From assembly GCA_963828165.1 (NCBI GenBank), contig CAWHDR010000001.1, forward strand, positions 1,536,001-1,600,000: a stretch of DNA of 64,000 nucleotides, given 5' to 3'. The notes beneath the pieces are model-generated. The model did not search any database, had not been told where the DNA came from, and saw only the letters and a program-made list of their open reading frames with translations. Shown piece after piece: positions 50,803 through 61,269 of this stretch. The stretch's first letter is position 1; each line of letters begins with the position of its first letter. The position numbers and the translations under genes are program-made. Source of the stretch: an uncultured Chloroflexia bacterium (GTDB taxonomy: Bacteria; Chloroflexota; Limnocylindria; Limnocylindrales; CSP1-4).

Positions 50803-53800
50803 ATGCGCGACCTGTTCGACGATTTCCTCGAGGACCTTCGCCGACGGGAGGCGGCTGCCCGCGGAGAGGATCCCGACGCAAAGGCGCCGCCTCGTCGCCG
50901 CGCTTCGGGCGACGGTGAACCTGACCCGGACGACCGCGAAGAGGATGACGGCGACCGCGAGCGGGGCCGAAGGTCTCCGCCCCGTGAGCCCAGTCCTCCG
51001 CGCCGTCCGCGAGTGGTCCGGGATCAACGTCGTGGCGGTCGCCGCCGGCGGGTGACCTGGTGGGCCGCCGGGCTCATCCTCCTGCTCGTATTCATGCTCT
51101 TCAGCTTCGGGCTGGACCTCTGGACCGACGCGCTGTGGTACCGGAGCGTTGGTTTCGACGCCGTCTTCTGGACGCGCCTCGGTGCCCAGGTCGGGCTGTT
51201 CGCGGCGGCGCTGATCGGGAGCCTCGTGATCCTGCTCCTGAATATCTACCTGGCCGGTCGGCTCATGCCGCCACCCGACCCGAACCGCACCGGCGGTTCG
51301 TTCCGGAACCTGATGGATCGCATCAACGAGGCGGCTCAAGCGGCCGATCCGGATCGCGGCCCCGGCATGCGTCGGGATGCCGGTGCGGCGCGCCCCGTCA
51401 CGTTCGACTCCGGCGACATCCCCGATCTCACGCCGATCGCCGGCGTGGCGCTCGTGGTCCTCGCCGGGCTCATCGCCCTGGCGATCGGCGGCTCGGTCGC
51501 GAGCGTCTGGGAGACCGTGCTGCTGTGGGTCAACCGTGTGCCGTTCTCGCCCGATGGGGCAGCCGCGATCGCCGATCCCGTCTTCGGGCGGGACATCGGC
51601 TACTTCCTGTTCGAGCTCCCGTTCCTGCGGCTCGTCCAGGCGCTCTTCAACGGCATCGTGCTGGCGTCGCTGGTCCTGGTCTTCGCCCGGTATCTCGTCG
51701 GGGCCTCGCGTGGGAGCCTCGTGTTCACGACCCCGGTCCGGGTCCACCTGGCGATCCTCGGTGGGCTGTTCCTGCTGTCGGTGGCGTTCGGCTACCAGCT
51801 CGACAAGTACGAGCTCGTGTACAGCAATCGCGGCGTCCTCTTCACCGGCGTGAGCTTCACGGACCAGAGCGCGCAGTTCCTGGCGTATGACGTACTGACT
51901 GTCCTGTCCGGCCTTGCCGGTGCCTTGCTGGTCGGCGGTGCGTTCACCCGGATGCTCTGGCCGCTGGGCCTGGTGATCGGCGTGTGGTTGCTGGCCTCCT
52001 TGATCATCGGGCGGTTGTACCCCGAGGCCATCCAGCGCTTCACGGTCCAGCCCAACCAGTACGCGCAGGAGCAGACGTACATCGCCAACAACATCGCGAT
52101 GACGCGACTCGCGTACGGGATCGACCACTGGGAAGACGACCGGCTGTTCCAGGGGGAGGCCGTGCTGGACGAGGCGGTGATCGAAGCCGAGGCGGCGACG
52201 TTCCGCAACGCCCGGCTCTGGGATTACCGGCCGCTCGGTGACACCCTCGACCAGCTCCAGCGCATCCGCCGCTACTACGACTTCCACGACGTGGACACCG
52301 ATCGCTACATCATCGACAGCGTCCAGCGCCAGGTCATGTTGTCCGCCCGCGAGCTGGACCTCAGCCAGAACCCTGCGGCGGCCGGCTTCGTCAACCAGCG
52401 GATCGTCTACACCCACGGCATCGGCGCCGCGCTGGTCCCGGTCAACGAGGTGACCAACGAGGGCCAGCCGCGACTGTTCATCCGCAACCTCCCGCCGGTG
52501 TCGACCGAAGGGGCGCCCGAGATCACCGAGCCGCGGATCTACTTCGGCGAGAAGCCGAGCGGCTACGTGATCACCGGCGCCCGGCAGGCCGAGTTCGACT
52601 ACCCGACGGGCGAAGGGGAGGGCGGGGCCGATCCGGGCACGGAGACGCGCTGGCGGGGTACGACCGGTATCAGCCTCGACACGACCCTCCCGCGACTGCT
52701 GTTCGCGTTGCGCTTCCGCGATCTCGACCTGCTGATCAGCGACCAGATCACCGCCGAGAGCCAGCTCCTGTTCCACCGCTCGCTGGCGGACCGGCTGGAG
52801 CACATCGCGCCGTTCCTGCGCTACGACAAGGATCCGTATCTGGTGATTCGCGATGACGGCACGCTGACCTACGTGCAGGACGCGTTCACCGTGTCCGACC
52901 GCTTCCCCCACGCGCAGGGCTTCGATCCGGCCGGATCCGGACTCGAAGGGTCGCGACTCGGCGACCCCTTCAACTACATCCGCAACAGCGTGAAGATCAC
53001 GATGGACGCCTACGACGGGACGATGAACTTCTACGTCGCGGACGATCAGGACCCGCTCATCCGCGCGTACAGCGGCGTCTTCCCGACGATGTTCCAGCCC
53101 CTGACGGCCCTCCCGGACGACCTGCGGCCGCACCTGCGGGTCCCCGAGGAGCTGTTCAACGTCCAGACGCGCGTGTTCGGGCGCTACCACGTCCGCGACC
53201 CGCTGCGCTTCTTCCAGAGCGACGACCTGTGGACCGTCCCGCAGGCGCAGGGCAGTCAGCAGTCACTGCCCAACGAGGCGTACTACGTGATCATGCGCAT
53301 GCCCGGCGAGGAGGAGGCCGAGTTCCTCCTGCTCCAGCCGATGGTCCCCCTCAACCGGCCCAACATGATCGCCTGGGTCGCGGCACGCCAGGACGAGCCC
53401 AACTACGGCGCGACGCGGGTCTACCGCTTCCCGGCCGACACGACGATCTTCGGTCCTGCCCAGATCGAGGCGCGCATCGTCCAGGACCCCCAGATCAGCC
53501 AGCAGTTCACGCTCTGGAGCCAGGGCGGCAGCACGGTCATCCAGGGGAATCTCATCGTGGTGCCCGTGGGCGATTCACTGATCTACCTCCAGCCCGTCTA
53601 CCTGCAGTCGCAACAGTCCGCGTTCCCCGAGTTCCAGCGGATCATCGTCGCCTCGCCACGCGAGGTCGTCTGGTCCGAAACGCTGGCGGAGGCGCTCGAT
53701 CTCCTGCTGGCGGCCGAGGGCAGCGCGCCCGGGCCGACCGAGCCACCGACGCCGACGCCGACGCCGTCGCCCGGCCCGACGCCAACCCCCGGCCCGACCC

Positions 53801-54021
53801 CGTCGGGTGGCGCGACCGATGAGTTGCCGGCCGACGTCCCGGGCCTGGTCGAGTACGCCAACCGTCACTTCGAGCTCGCGCAGGCGGCGTTGCGCGACGG
53901 GGACTTCGCCCGATACGGCGAGGAGATCGACAAGGTCGAGGCCGCCCTGCAGAGGCTTGGCGAGCTCGCACCCGAATTGGGGCTCGGGTCGCCCGCGCCG
54001 TCGGTCAGCCCCGCGCCATGA
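50803..54021 (+). CDS. UPF0182 family membrane protein
   Basis: LWYRSVGF..VFWT, DPVFGRDIGYFLFELP, NIAMTRLAYG, RLWD, DVDTDRY, YTHG.G, NYIRNSVK..DAYDG and GNLIVVP. Confidence 0.95.
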   Translation: MRDLFDDFLEDLRRREAAARGEDPDAKAPPRRRASGDGEPDPDDREEDDGDRERGRRSPPREPSPPRRPRVVRDQRRGGRRRRVTWWAAGLILLLVFMLFSFGLDLWTDALWYRSVGFDAVFWTRLGAQVGLFAAALIGSLVILLLNIYLAGRLMPPPDPNRTGGSFRNLMDRINEAAQAADPDRGPGMRRDAGAARPVTFDSGDIPDLTPIAGVALVVLAGLIALAIGGSVASVWETVLLWVNRVPFSPDGAAAIADPVFGRDIGYFLFELPFLRLVQALFNGIVLASLVLVFARYLVGASRGSLVFTTPVRVHLAILGGLFLLSVAFGYQLDKYELVYSNRGVLFTGVSFTDQSAQFLAYDVLTVLSGLAGALLVGGAFTRMLWPLGLVIGVWLLASLIIGRLYPEAIQRFTVQPNQYAQEQTYIANNIAMTRLAYGIDHWEDDRLFQGEAVLDEAVIEAEAATFRNARLWDYRPLGDTLDQLQRIRRYYDFHDVDTDRYIIDSVQRQVMLSARELDLSQNPAAAGFVNQRIVYTHGIGAALVPVNEVTNEGQPRLFIRNLPPVSTEGAPEITEPRIYFGEKPSGYVITGARQAEFDYPTGEGEGGADPGTETRWRGTTGISLDTTLPRLLFALRFRDLDLLISDQITAESQLLFHRSLADRLEHIAPFLRYDKDPYLVIRDDGTLTYVQDAFTVSDRFPHAQGFDPAGSGLEGSRLGDPFNYIRNSVKITMDAYDGTMNFYVADDQDPLIRAYSGVFPTMFQPLTALPDDLRPHLRVPEELFNVQTRVFGRYHVRDPLRFFQSDDLWTVPQAQGSQQSLPNEAYYVIMRMPGEEEAEFLLLQPMVPLNRPNMIAWVAARQDEPNYGATRVYRFPADTTIFGPAQIEARIVQDPQISQQFTLWSQGGSTVIQGNLIVVPVGDSLIYLQPVYLQSQQSAFPEFQRIIVASPREVVWSETLAEALDLLLAAEGSAPGPTEPPTPTPTPSPGPTPTPGPTPSGGATDELPADVPGLVEYANRHFELAQAALRDGDFARYGEEIDKVEAALQRLGELAPELGLGSPAPSVSPAP

Positions 54022-55035
54022 CCGTGGGGGCGACCCTGGTCGCCTCGCTCCTGCTCGCGCTGGGGGGACCGCGGACCTGGCCGTTGGCCCTCGCCACGTT
54101 CCTCCTTCGCGGTGGTTTCCTGCTCGTTCTCGCTCCGATCGTCGTGCTGCCGAGCGCGGTCGCCGTGGGGAACGTGCTCACGCCGCTGCTGTCGACGGTC
54201 GTGTTCCGCGGCTTCGCGACGATCGCTGCGCCGCTGGCCTTCGTCGGTCTCTCGGCACTCCTGTGGCTGTGCGGTGGGGGCCTCGTCGCTGCCGCCGCGG
54301 AATCGGAGCTGGCCCGAACGGTCGCGCGAGACGACGAGGCCTGGCCTGCGGGTCGGGCTCCGCACGATCCCCTCCCGGCCGGGCACCCGGCCCCCCGCGT
54401 GCTCGCCGCTCGGCTCATCGCCCACCTGCCCTTGTTGCTCGCCCTGGCGTGGGGAGCGATCCGCATCGTGGCCGTCACGTACCGCGAGCTGACGGTGCCG
54501 TCGGACGTTGGCGTGGCGCTCGTCATCCGGGTGGCTGGCGGCGCCACCGGACGCGGTCGTCGCGGTCGTCGCGGCATGGCTGCTGGGAGAGACGATCGGC
54601 GGGATCGCCGCTCGCCGGGTCGTCCTGCTGGGCGAACGGGTCCCGAGCGCGCTGGGCCGGGCGACCATCCGACTCGTGCGAAACCCGCTGCGCTGCGGCG
54701 TATTGGCCGCGGTCCCGCTCGTCGTGCTGCTGCTCGTGCTCGTCGCCGTTGGTCTGGCGGGTTCGGCGACGTGGGACGCGCTTCGAGCATCGTTGTCGTT
54801 CGGGACGGAGGGCGTGGTGGCGCTCGCGCTCGTGGCGATGCTCGTGGCGCTATTCGCGGGTGGTCTGGTGCTCGTCGCGGTCATTTCGGCCTGGCGCGCG
54901 GCGGTTTGGACCGTGGACTGGGCCGGGACGTTCGGGGGAGCGGGGTATGACCCAGAGGGGCAGTGGAACAGCGGCGTCGACTCTGCCACGCTGCAGGACT
55001 TGCGGCCCCGAGGGGTCGATCCGGACCCGAGGTGA
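54018..55035 (+). CDS. Hypothetical polytopic membrane protein; +1 frameshift near 54546
   Basis: Two hydrophobic ORFs join across one extra base; ATGA overlap with the UPF0182 gene. Confidence 0.65.
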
Positions 55036-55038
55036 TGG

Positions 55039-56089
55039 ATGTCCCCGCAGTCGATCGTCTGCGCAACGTGTAACGCCAGCGTTCCGTACGGACGGCTGTC
55101 ATGCCCGTCGTGCGGTGAGCTCCTGGCCTCGGTCGCCGGTGCGGCTCGATCGGCCAATGGGCGTTCGAAGGGTCGGGCATCGGTCGCCGAGCACGCTGCG
55201 CCCGTGGCTCTGACCGACGTGCCGCCGCAGGCCACGGCCACCGCGCCCCCGGAGACCGAGCGCGGGGCACCCGGGTGGGAGCCTCCGATCTTCCAGACGG
55301 TGTCCAGTACGACCGCCGCCGCCCCGGTCGCTGACACGGCATCGGACGCTGACTCCGCCGACAACCCCGGCTCGCCTGTGGGTACCGGGGCCGGTGCCGC
55401 TCCAGCGTCCGCGGTCGCCTGGCCCGCCGATTTGGTCCTCTCCGACGCCTGGCTGCCCGCCAACGCCATGCAGCCGGCTCCAGCGCCAGCCGTTGCCCGC
55501 CCTCCTGTGCCGATCCCCGCGTGAACCGGGTGCGCCGGGCGCGTATGTCCCGCCGATCGTCCGCGCGGAGCCATCGGGTCCTCCGGCCCCGGCTCGGGCG
55601 TGGGCCGGCCAGGCTGCCGTCGCAGCAGCAGCCGTCTCCAAAGACGACGGACCGCGAACCTCCGCGCGTGACCTCATCGATGCCACGCGTCTCACCGAGT
55701 TCGTCGGCTGGCTGGCCGTTGCCGGTTCGGCCATGGCCGCTGTCGGGTTCCTGCTCCCGTGGGGCATCAGCGTCATCGGGGCCACGGGCATCGGCTACTT
55801 CGATCGCTGGGGTCTCGCTGGCCCGTTCCACCCGATCGTCTTGCTGAGTCTGCTGGCCGTGCTCGGGCTCTCGCTCGTCCGAAACCCCGTGCCGCTGTGG
55901 CTGCGCGTAGGCGTGCTGGGTCTCGGCCTTGGCGCGCTGCTGCTCGGCCTTACCTGGCCGTACATCGTGGCCCTGTCCGGCACCGGCCCCGGGGCGATCG
56001 TCGTTGCGATCGGTGCGGTCGTCCTCGGTGCTGCCGGCGTGGGAGCACTGGCGTCCGACCGTCACGCCGGCGAGGATCAAGCCGTCTGA
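55039..56089 (+). CDS. Zinc-ribbon + Pro/Ala linker + 4-TM protein; +1 frameshift near 55519
   Basis: N-terminal CATC-x10-CPSCG; the C-terminal membrane domain (FLLPW) is in the adjacent frame. Confidence 0.65.
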
Positions 56090-56219
56090 GCCCGGTGGCC
56101 GGCGGGGCCCGCACGGCGTGGATCGCCGGGGTCCCCTGCTACACTGCCGCGCAACATCGACCTGACAATTCACGAGCGTCCGGCCGGTCCAATCCACGTT
56201 CACGGAGGCCCGCCCGGGC

Positions 56220-56888
56220 ATGGATCAGATCCTCGAAGGTATCGGCGATACGATCGGCGACATCATCGCGAGCGACGTCGTCCAGATCGGCGGCCGGATC
56301 ATCTTCGTCTACATCGCGGTGCTGTGGATCGCGTCCGCGTACTGGGCATTCCGCGACATGCAGCAGCGCTCGGACAACGCGATCCTGCCCTATCTCGTCG
56401 CTGCCGGGATCATCCTGTTCACCCCGTTCTTCTTCATCCTCGCCGTGTGGGTCTACAAGATCGTCCGGCCCCACGAGAAGATCGGCGAGGTCTGGGAGCG
56501 CAACCTTGCCGAGGAAGCGCTGCTCGCCGAGGTCGAGGCGATCCACCACTGCCCGACCTGCGAGCGACGGGTCGACGATGAATGGATCATCTGCCCGTCC
56601 TGCCGGACACGCCTGAATCGGGTCTGCCCCAACTGTTCGCGCCTGGTCGGCCTGGACTGGTCGCTGTGCGCCTGGTGCGGCAAGGACTTCGAGCGGCGTG
56701 AGATCGCGGCGGCCGCGACGATCGAGCCGCTGCCGTCCGGCCTGGAGCCGACCGGTCGCATCGCAGCGCCCGCGAGCGCCTCGACCCCGGCCATCCCGGC
56801 ATCGATCCAGACGACCGTCCGGTCACGCGGCACCTCGCGCGGTCCGGGCCGCTCCGCCGCTACCGGGGATCCGCTGCCCGAGCGTTGA
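56220..56888 (+). CDS. 2-TM protein with double zinc ribbon (DZR)
   Basis: CPTC..CPSC..CPNC..CAWC follows two TM segments; SD GGAGG upstream. Confidence 0.82.
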   Translation: MDQILEGIGDTIGDIIASDVVQIGGRIIFVYIAVLWIASAYWAFRDMQQRSDNAILPYLVAAGIILFTPFFFILAVWVYKIVRPHEKIGEVWERNLAEEALLAEVEAIHHCPTCERRVDDEWIICPSCRTRLNRVCPNCSRLVGLDWSLCAWCGKDFERREIAAAATIEPLPSGLEPTGRIAAPASASTPAIPASIQTTVRSRGTSRGPGRSAATGDPLPER

Positions 56889-57927
56889 TCCCATCCGAGC
56901 CGGGCTCCTCGGATCCCGTCGAACACCCTGACGGCCCTCCTGCCAAGGATCTTTCTCCCGCGCGCCCGGGGGCCAGCACCTTCACCATCGAGGGCCGGGC
57001 AGCGCCCGCCCTGTTCGTCGTGGGCTGGCTCGCCACCCTCATCGGCTTCGGTGCCATCTTCGTCGCGCTCCTGGCCGGCGGGAACCCGGGCGCCGCGATC
57101 CTGCTCGCTGCGGGCCTCGCGTTGCTGTCGATCGGGCTGGTCGCTGGGCGCCGGTGCGCAGGGGATCGAGCGACGATCCCGGGCCGACCAGCTCTACAAG
57201 GGTCCCTCGCCGATCCTGGTGTTCGTGGCGTCGGTGCCGGTGTCGCTGCTCGCGGTCCTGGTCATCGCCATCCCGCTCACCATCGTCGGCATCGCCGGTC
57301 GACGGGCCGGTGGGGCGGCTTGCATCGGTCGCGGTCCAGGCGGTCATCTACGCCGGCCTGATCCGCCTGCTGGTCGTCGACACCGGTGCGCTGTCCTGGG
57401 CCGAGATGGGCCTGCGGCGGTTCGATCGCCGGGCGCTCGGCGAGCTGGCCAGCGGCGCACTGTGGGCCGGCCCGGTCATCCTGCTCACGATCCCGGTCGC
57501 GGCCATCCTCAGCCAGATCTTCCCGGTGACCCCGGTCAGCCCGCTGCCCCCGACCGGCGAGGTCCTGGGCTTCGCGATCCACCTCCTGGCGGGGGCCGTC
57601 ATCGCGCCGGTCGGGGAGGAGCTGCTGTTCCGCGCGTTCGCTACGACCGCCTGGGCGCGGTCGCTCGGAGATCGACGGGCGCTCATCCGGGGCGCCCTCT
57701 TCTTCGCCCTCGTCCATGTCCTCACGATCAGCGGGGCGTCGGCCGGCGAGGCGCTCTCGCTCGCGATCGTCGGGTTCGCATCGCGGATCCCCGTGGCGCT
57801 CGCGCTCGGGTGGCTGTTCCTCAAGCGCCGCAGCGTGTGGGCTCCGATCGGACTGCATGCGACGTTCAACGGGATCCTCCTGGCGCTCGGCGAGTTCGCG
57901 GCCCGTAACGGGGTCGTGCCCAGCTGA
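56885..57927 (+). CDS. CPBP (CAAX/Abi-family) intramembrane glutamic endopeptidase; two +1 frameshifts (about 57149 and 57295)
   Basis: Motifs APVGEELLFR, FALVH and HATFN. Confidence 0.85.
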
Positions 57928-58011
57928 CGGTCGTGCTCGGCCCCGGCTGGGTTAGCGGTCGCGAAGGGGCGGTTGAGCCCCCGGTGAGGGCTCCTGACTA
58001 GGCTCTGCGTC

Positions 58012-58073
58012 GTCCCCGAGGTCCGGATGGCGGGGGGAATCGGCGGGCTCTCGTCGTCCGGGCCCTCGGGGAC
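58012..58073 (+). promoter_or_regulatory. Long hairpin in the radC 5' leader
   Basis: Outer stem gtccccgagg/cctcggggac plus inner stem ccggatggcggggg/ctctcgtcgtccgg with G-U pairs. It starts 7 nt after TAGGCT. Confidence 0.55.
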
Positions 58074-58107
58074 ACCTTCGGCCTGCGTCGTCCCAAGGAG
58101 GTTCGCG

Positions 58108-58857
58108 GTGATCGATCCGCAGGTTCCCGCTAGCGTTCGCGGGCACACGATCCGCGAGCTCCCGGCCGCCGAACGACCCCGTGAGCGGCTCGCCCAGCGC
58201 GGGCCCGGCGGGTTGACGGCCGCGGAGCTGATCGCCCTGCTGTGGGGGAGCGGCGTGCGTGGACGGTCAGCGGTGGACCTCGCGACGGATGCCCTGAGCG
58301 GTCACGACGGACTGGCCGGGCTGGCGCGCGCCAGCGACCTCGAACTGGCGGCCATCCCCGGCATCGGCCAGGCCAAGGCCGCCCAGCTCCTGGCCGCCTT
58401 CGAGCTCGGGCGTCGATTGATGGCCGACTGGCCCGCCGGTCGCTGGTCGATCCGCGGACCGCACGACGTCGCGGATCGCCTGATCCTCCAGATGGGCCGC
58501 CTCGAGCGCGAGGAGCTGCGCGTCGTGATCCTCGACACGAAGAACCACGTGCTGCGCGTCGAGACCGTCTACCAGGGCAACGTGAACTCGTCGCTGGTCC
58601 GCGTCGGCGAGCTGTATCGCGACGCCGTCCGGCTCAATGCCGCGAGCATCATCCTCGTTCACAACCACCCGAGCGGTGATCCGACGCCGTCCCCGGACGA
58701 CCTGCACCTGACTGCGGAGGCCCTGGCTGCCGGTCGGCTGCTCGACATCGGCCTGCTCGACCACCTCGTGATCGGGCACGACGCGTACGCCTCGCTCCGC
58801 GATCGGGGAGTGGCGTTCGATCGCCCGACGAACGGTGTCCCTGCACGCGCCGACTAG
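58108..58857 (+). CDS. radC: RadC (JAB/MPN domain) protein
   Basis: ERPRERL, HhH motif IPGIG.AKA..L.AA.ELGRR, HNHPSGD..PS..D and LLDHLVIG; SD AAGGAGGT. Confidence 0.96.
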   Translation: MIDPQVPASVRGHTIRELPAAERPRERLAQRGPGGLTAAELIALLWGSGVRGRSAVDLATDALSGHDGLAGLARASDLELAAIPGIGQAKAAQLLAAFELGRRLMADWPAGRWSIRGPHDVADRLILQMGRLEREELRVVILDTKNHVLRVETVYQGNVNSSLVRVGELYRDAVRLNAASIILVHNHPSGDPTPSPDDLHLTAEALAAGRLLDIGLLDHLVIGHDAYASLRDRGVAFDRPTNGVPARAD

Positions 58858-58881
58858 GCATGACCGATCGCGGAGGGTCAT

Positions 58882-58942
58882 GTCCCCGACCGGTTCAATT
58901 GCCAGCGGTGGGGGGACCACGGCGGTCGCCAGCGTCGGGGAC
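58882..58942. repeat. 61-bp palindromic element downstream of radC
   Basis: Termini gtccccgac...gtcggggac, with an internal direct repeat gccagcg..ggggac. Confidence 0.45.
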
Positions 58943-59010
58943 GAGACTAGTGTAGGGGCGGGGGGAAGGACCCGAGCGATCCGGCCGCGGGCGGTCACGT
59001 CCGGGGCCTC

Positions 59011-59019
59011 TGGTAGACT
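59011..59019 (+). promoter_or_regulatory. Extended -10 element TGgTAGACT upstream of mreB
   Basis: Matches the element upstream of guaB3. Confidence 0.5.
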
Positions 59020-59132
59020 GCGCGGGCTGCCCGGCCCCGTGACATCGGCGCGACCCCGGCCTCATCCCGGCCCGGCGGTCCGCCCGCGACCCGCCCGACG
59101 ACCCCCGTATCGACGAGGACTCTCTCCCTACC

Positions 59133-60185
59133 ATGCTCGACCGCCTGCTCGGCCTCTTCTCCCGCGACATCGGTATCGACCTCGGGACCGCCAACACCCT
59201 GGTCCATGTCCGCGACCGCGGGATCGTCATGAGCGAGCCGTCCGTCGTCGCGATCGATGCCAAGACCAAGCGCGTGCTCGCCATCGGCGCGGAGGCGAAG
59301 CGGATGGTCGGGCGCACGCCGGCCAACATCATCGCGGTCCGACCGCTGCGCGACGGCGTCATCAGCGACTTCGACGTCACCGAGCAGATGATCAAGTACT
59401 TCGTGAACCGCGTGCACGACCGCATCGGGCTCATCCCGCGACCGCGGATGCTGCTCGGCATCCCGTCCGGCGTCACCGAGGTGGAGAAGCGCGCCGTCAA
59501 GGACGCTGCGCTCAACGCCGGGGCGCGCTGGGCACGGCTCATCGAGGAGCCGATGGCCGCGGCGATCGGGGCCGGGCTCCCCGTCTCTGAGCCGTCCGGC
59601 AGCCTCATCGTCGACATCGGTGGCGGCACCACGGAAGTCGCCGTCATCTCGCTCGGCGGCATCGTCGTCTCGCGTTCCATCCGCATCGGTGGCGACGAGA
59701 TGGATCAGGACATCGTCACGTTCGCCCGCCGCGAGTACAACCTGTTTCTGGGCGAGCGGACGGCGGAGGACATCAAGATCGCGATCGGATCCGCCTACCC
59801 CGGGGAGTGGGACGCCCAGCGTGTCACGCTCCGCGGTCGCGACCTGCTGACCGGGCTGCCGCGGAGCGTCGAAGTCGGCGCCGACCAGATCCGCGAGGCC
59901 ATCGAGCCGTCCGTCGCCCAGATCGTCGATACCGTGAAGGACACGATCGAGGAGACGCCGCCTGAGCTCGTGGCGGACATCATGGATCAGGGCATCGTCG
60001 TGGCCGGTGGCGGCGCGCTGCTGGCCGGGCTCGATCGGCGGATCGCCGAGGCGACCCAGATGCCGGTCCACGTCGCGGACGACCCGCTGACCTGCGTCGT
60101 GCGCGGCACTGGCCTTGTCCTCCAGGAGCTCGATGCGATGGATCGCGTCCTCGTCTCGGAGACCTACGCGCGCCCCCCGCGCTGA
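59133..60185 (+). CDS. mreB: Rod shape-determining protein MreB
   Basis: Motifs IGIDLGTANT, EPSVVA, RPLRDGVI, EEPMAAAIG, VDIGGGTT and GGGALL. Confidence 0.98.
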   Translation: MLDRLLGLFSRDIGIDLGTANTLVHVRDRGIVMSEPSVVAIDAKTKRVLAIGAEAKRMVGRTPANIIAVRPLRDGVISDFDVTEQMIKYFVNRVHDRIGLIPRPRMLLGIPSGVTEVEKRAVKDAALNAGARWARLIEEPMAAAIGAGLPVSEPSGSLIVDIGGGTTEVAVISLGGIVVSRSIRIGGDEMDQDIVTFARREYNLFLGERTAEDIKIAIGSAYPGEWDAQRVTLRGRDLLTGLPRSVEVGADQIREAIEPSVAQIVDTVKDTIEETPPELVADIMDQGIVVAGGGALLAGLDRRIAEATQMPVHVADDPLTCVVRGTGLVLQELDAMDRVLVSETYARPPR

Positions 60186-60209
60186 CGGGGTCCGTACGAT
60201 GACGGACCG

Positions 60210-61199
60210 ATGACCTCCCTCCTATCCACCCGAGCCGGCCGCCGCCGAAGCATCGCCTTCACGGTGCTCATCGCTGTCAGCCTCGTCCTCATGGCGTTCT
60301 CCACCAATCCGCTGGTGCGCGACCTCCAGAGCGGCGTTGGCTTTGCGTTCCGGCCGATCCAGAGTGCGCTGGACGAGGTGGCCGGCGGCGTCGCGTCGAT
60401 CGGGGCCGCCATCGCCGAGATCGATCGGCTGCGGGTCGACAACGCGGCCCTGCGGGACGAGAACGAGCGCCTGGCCATCCAGGAGGCCGTCTCCGAGGAG
60501 GTCATGCGCGAGAACGAGCAGCTGACGGCGCTGCTCCAGCTCCGGGCGGGCTTCGAACACGAGACCGTGGCGGCTGCCGTCATCTCGCGCGAGTCGTCGG
60601 AGTTCCGTCGGGCCATCGGGCTGGACAAGGGCTCCAACGACGGGATCTCCGAAGGCGACGTCGTGGTCGTGGCTGGCGGTGCGCTCGCCGGTCGCGTCAC
60701 GCAGGTCGGACCGGACAGCGCGATGGTCGTCCTGCTGACCGACGGTACCTCGACGGTCATCGGGCAGCTCGTGTCGAACGCCGCGAGGGGCCAGGTCGTC
60801 GGCCAGCTCGGCGGCGTGCTCGTGATGGAGCAGATCGACTCCGGCGAGGTCGTCGTCCAGGGCGACGAGGTCGTCACGGCCGGACTGGAGCTGGGTGGTG
60901 GCGTCCGGTCGCCCTATCCGAAGGGCCTGCTCATCGGGCAGGTCGTCGACGTCCGCCGTGACGCGAATGCCGTGGTGCAGACGGCCTACCTGCAACCGGC
61001 GGCGAACCTCGACAAGCTCGAATTCGTGCTCGTGATCACCGACTACGAAGGCGGATTGCCCCCGGTCGAGGAACAGCCGATCGACTGTGGCGAGGGCGGG
61101 GAAGGCACCCTGCCGGAAGGGGAGCAGCCGTGCCTCGACCCGACGCCGCGCCCGACCGCCACGCCGCCCAGCACGCCGCGACCGTCCACGGCGCCGTAG
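60210..61199 (+). CDS. mreC: Rod shape-determining protein MreC
   Basis: N-terminal TM, coiled coil, LDKGSNDGI..GD.V and YPKGLLIG.V. Confidence 0.93.
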   Translation: MTSLLSTRAGRRRSIAFTVLIAVSLVLMAFSTNPLVRDLQSGVGFAFRPIQSALDEVAGGVASIGAAIAEIDRLRVDNAALRDENERLAIQEAVSEEVMRENEQLTALLQLRAGFEHETVAAAVISRESSEFRRAIGLDKGSNDGISEGDVVVVAGGALAGRVTQVGPDSAMVVLLTDGTSTVIGQLVSNAARGQVVGQLGGVLVMEQIDSGEVVVQGDEVVTAGLELGGGVRSPYPKGLLIGQVVDVRRDANAVVQTAYLQPAANLDKLEFVLVITDYEGGLPPVEEQPIDCGEGGEGTLPEGEQPCLDPTPRPTATPPSTPRPSTAP

Positions 61200-61269
61200 G
61201 CCGGGCCAAGCCGGCCCGTACTTTCGGGAGGTCCGGTCCGCGCCACGAGCCCTGCTACGCTTCGCGGCC

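Noticed and set aside
49399-53190. Very long antisense ORFs (1263 aa here; also 4903-6870, 12331-14043, 20809-22500 and others)
   Set aside because: They are shadow frames of GC3-rich genes on the opposite strand and have no recognisable motifs.
53740-53805. Short tandem repeats (CCGACG)n, and the His-rich repeats at 32700-32810
   Set aside because: They encode Pro/Thr linkers and a His-rich loop; they are not CRISPR arrays or non-coding repeats.
58108-58857. radC as a marker of a prophage or integrative element
   Set aside because: It is the full-length HhH+JAB form in the usual chromosomal radC-mreBC context, with no integrase or phage genes in the window.
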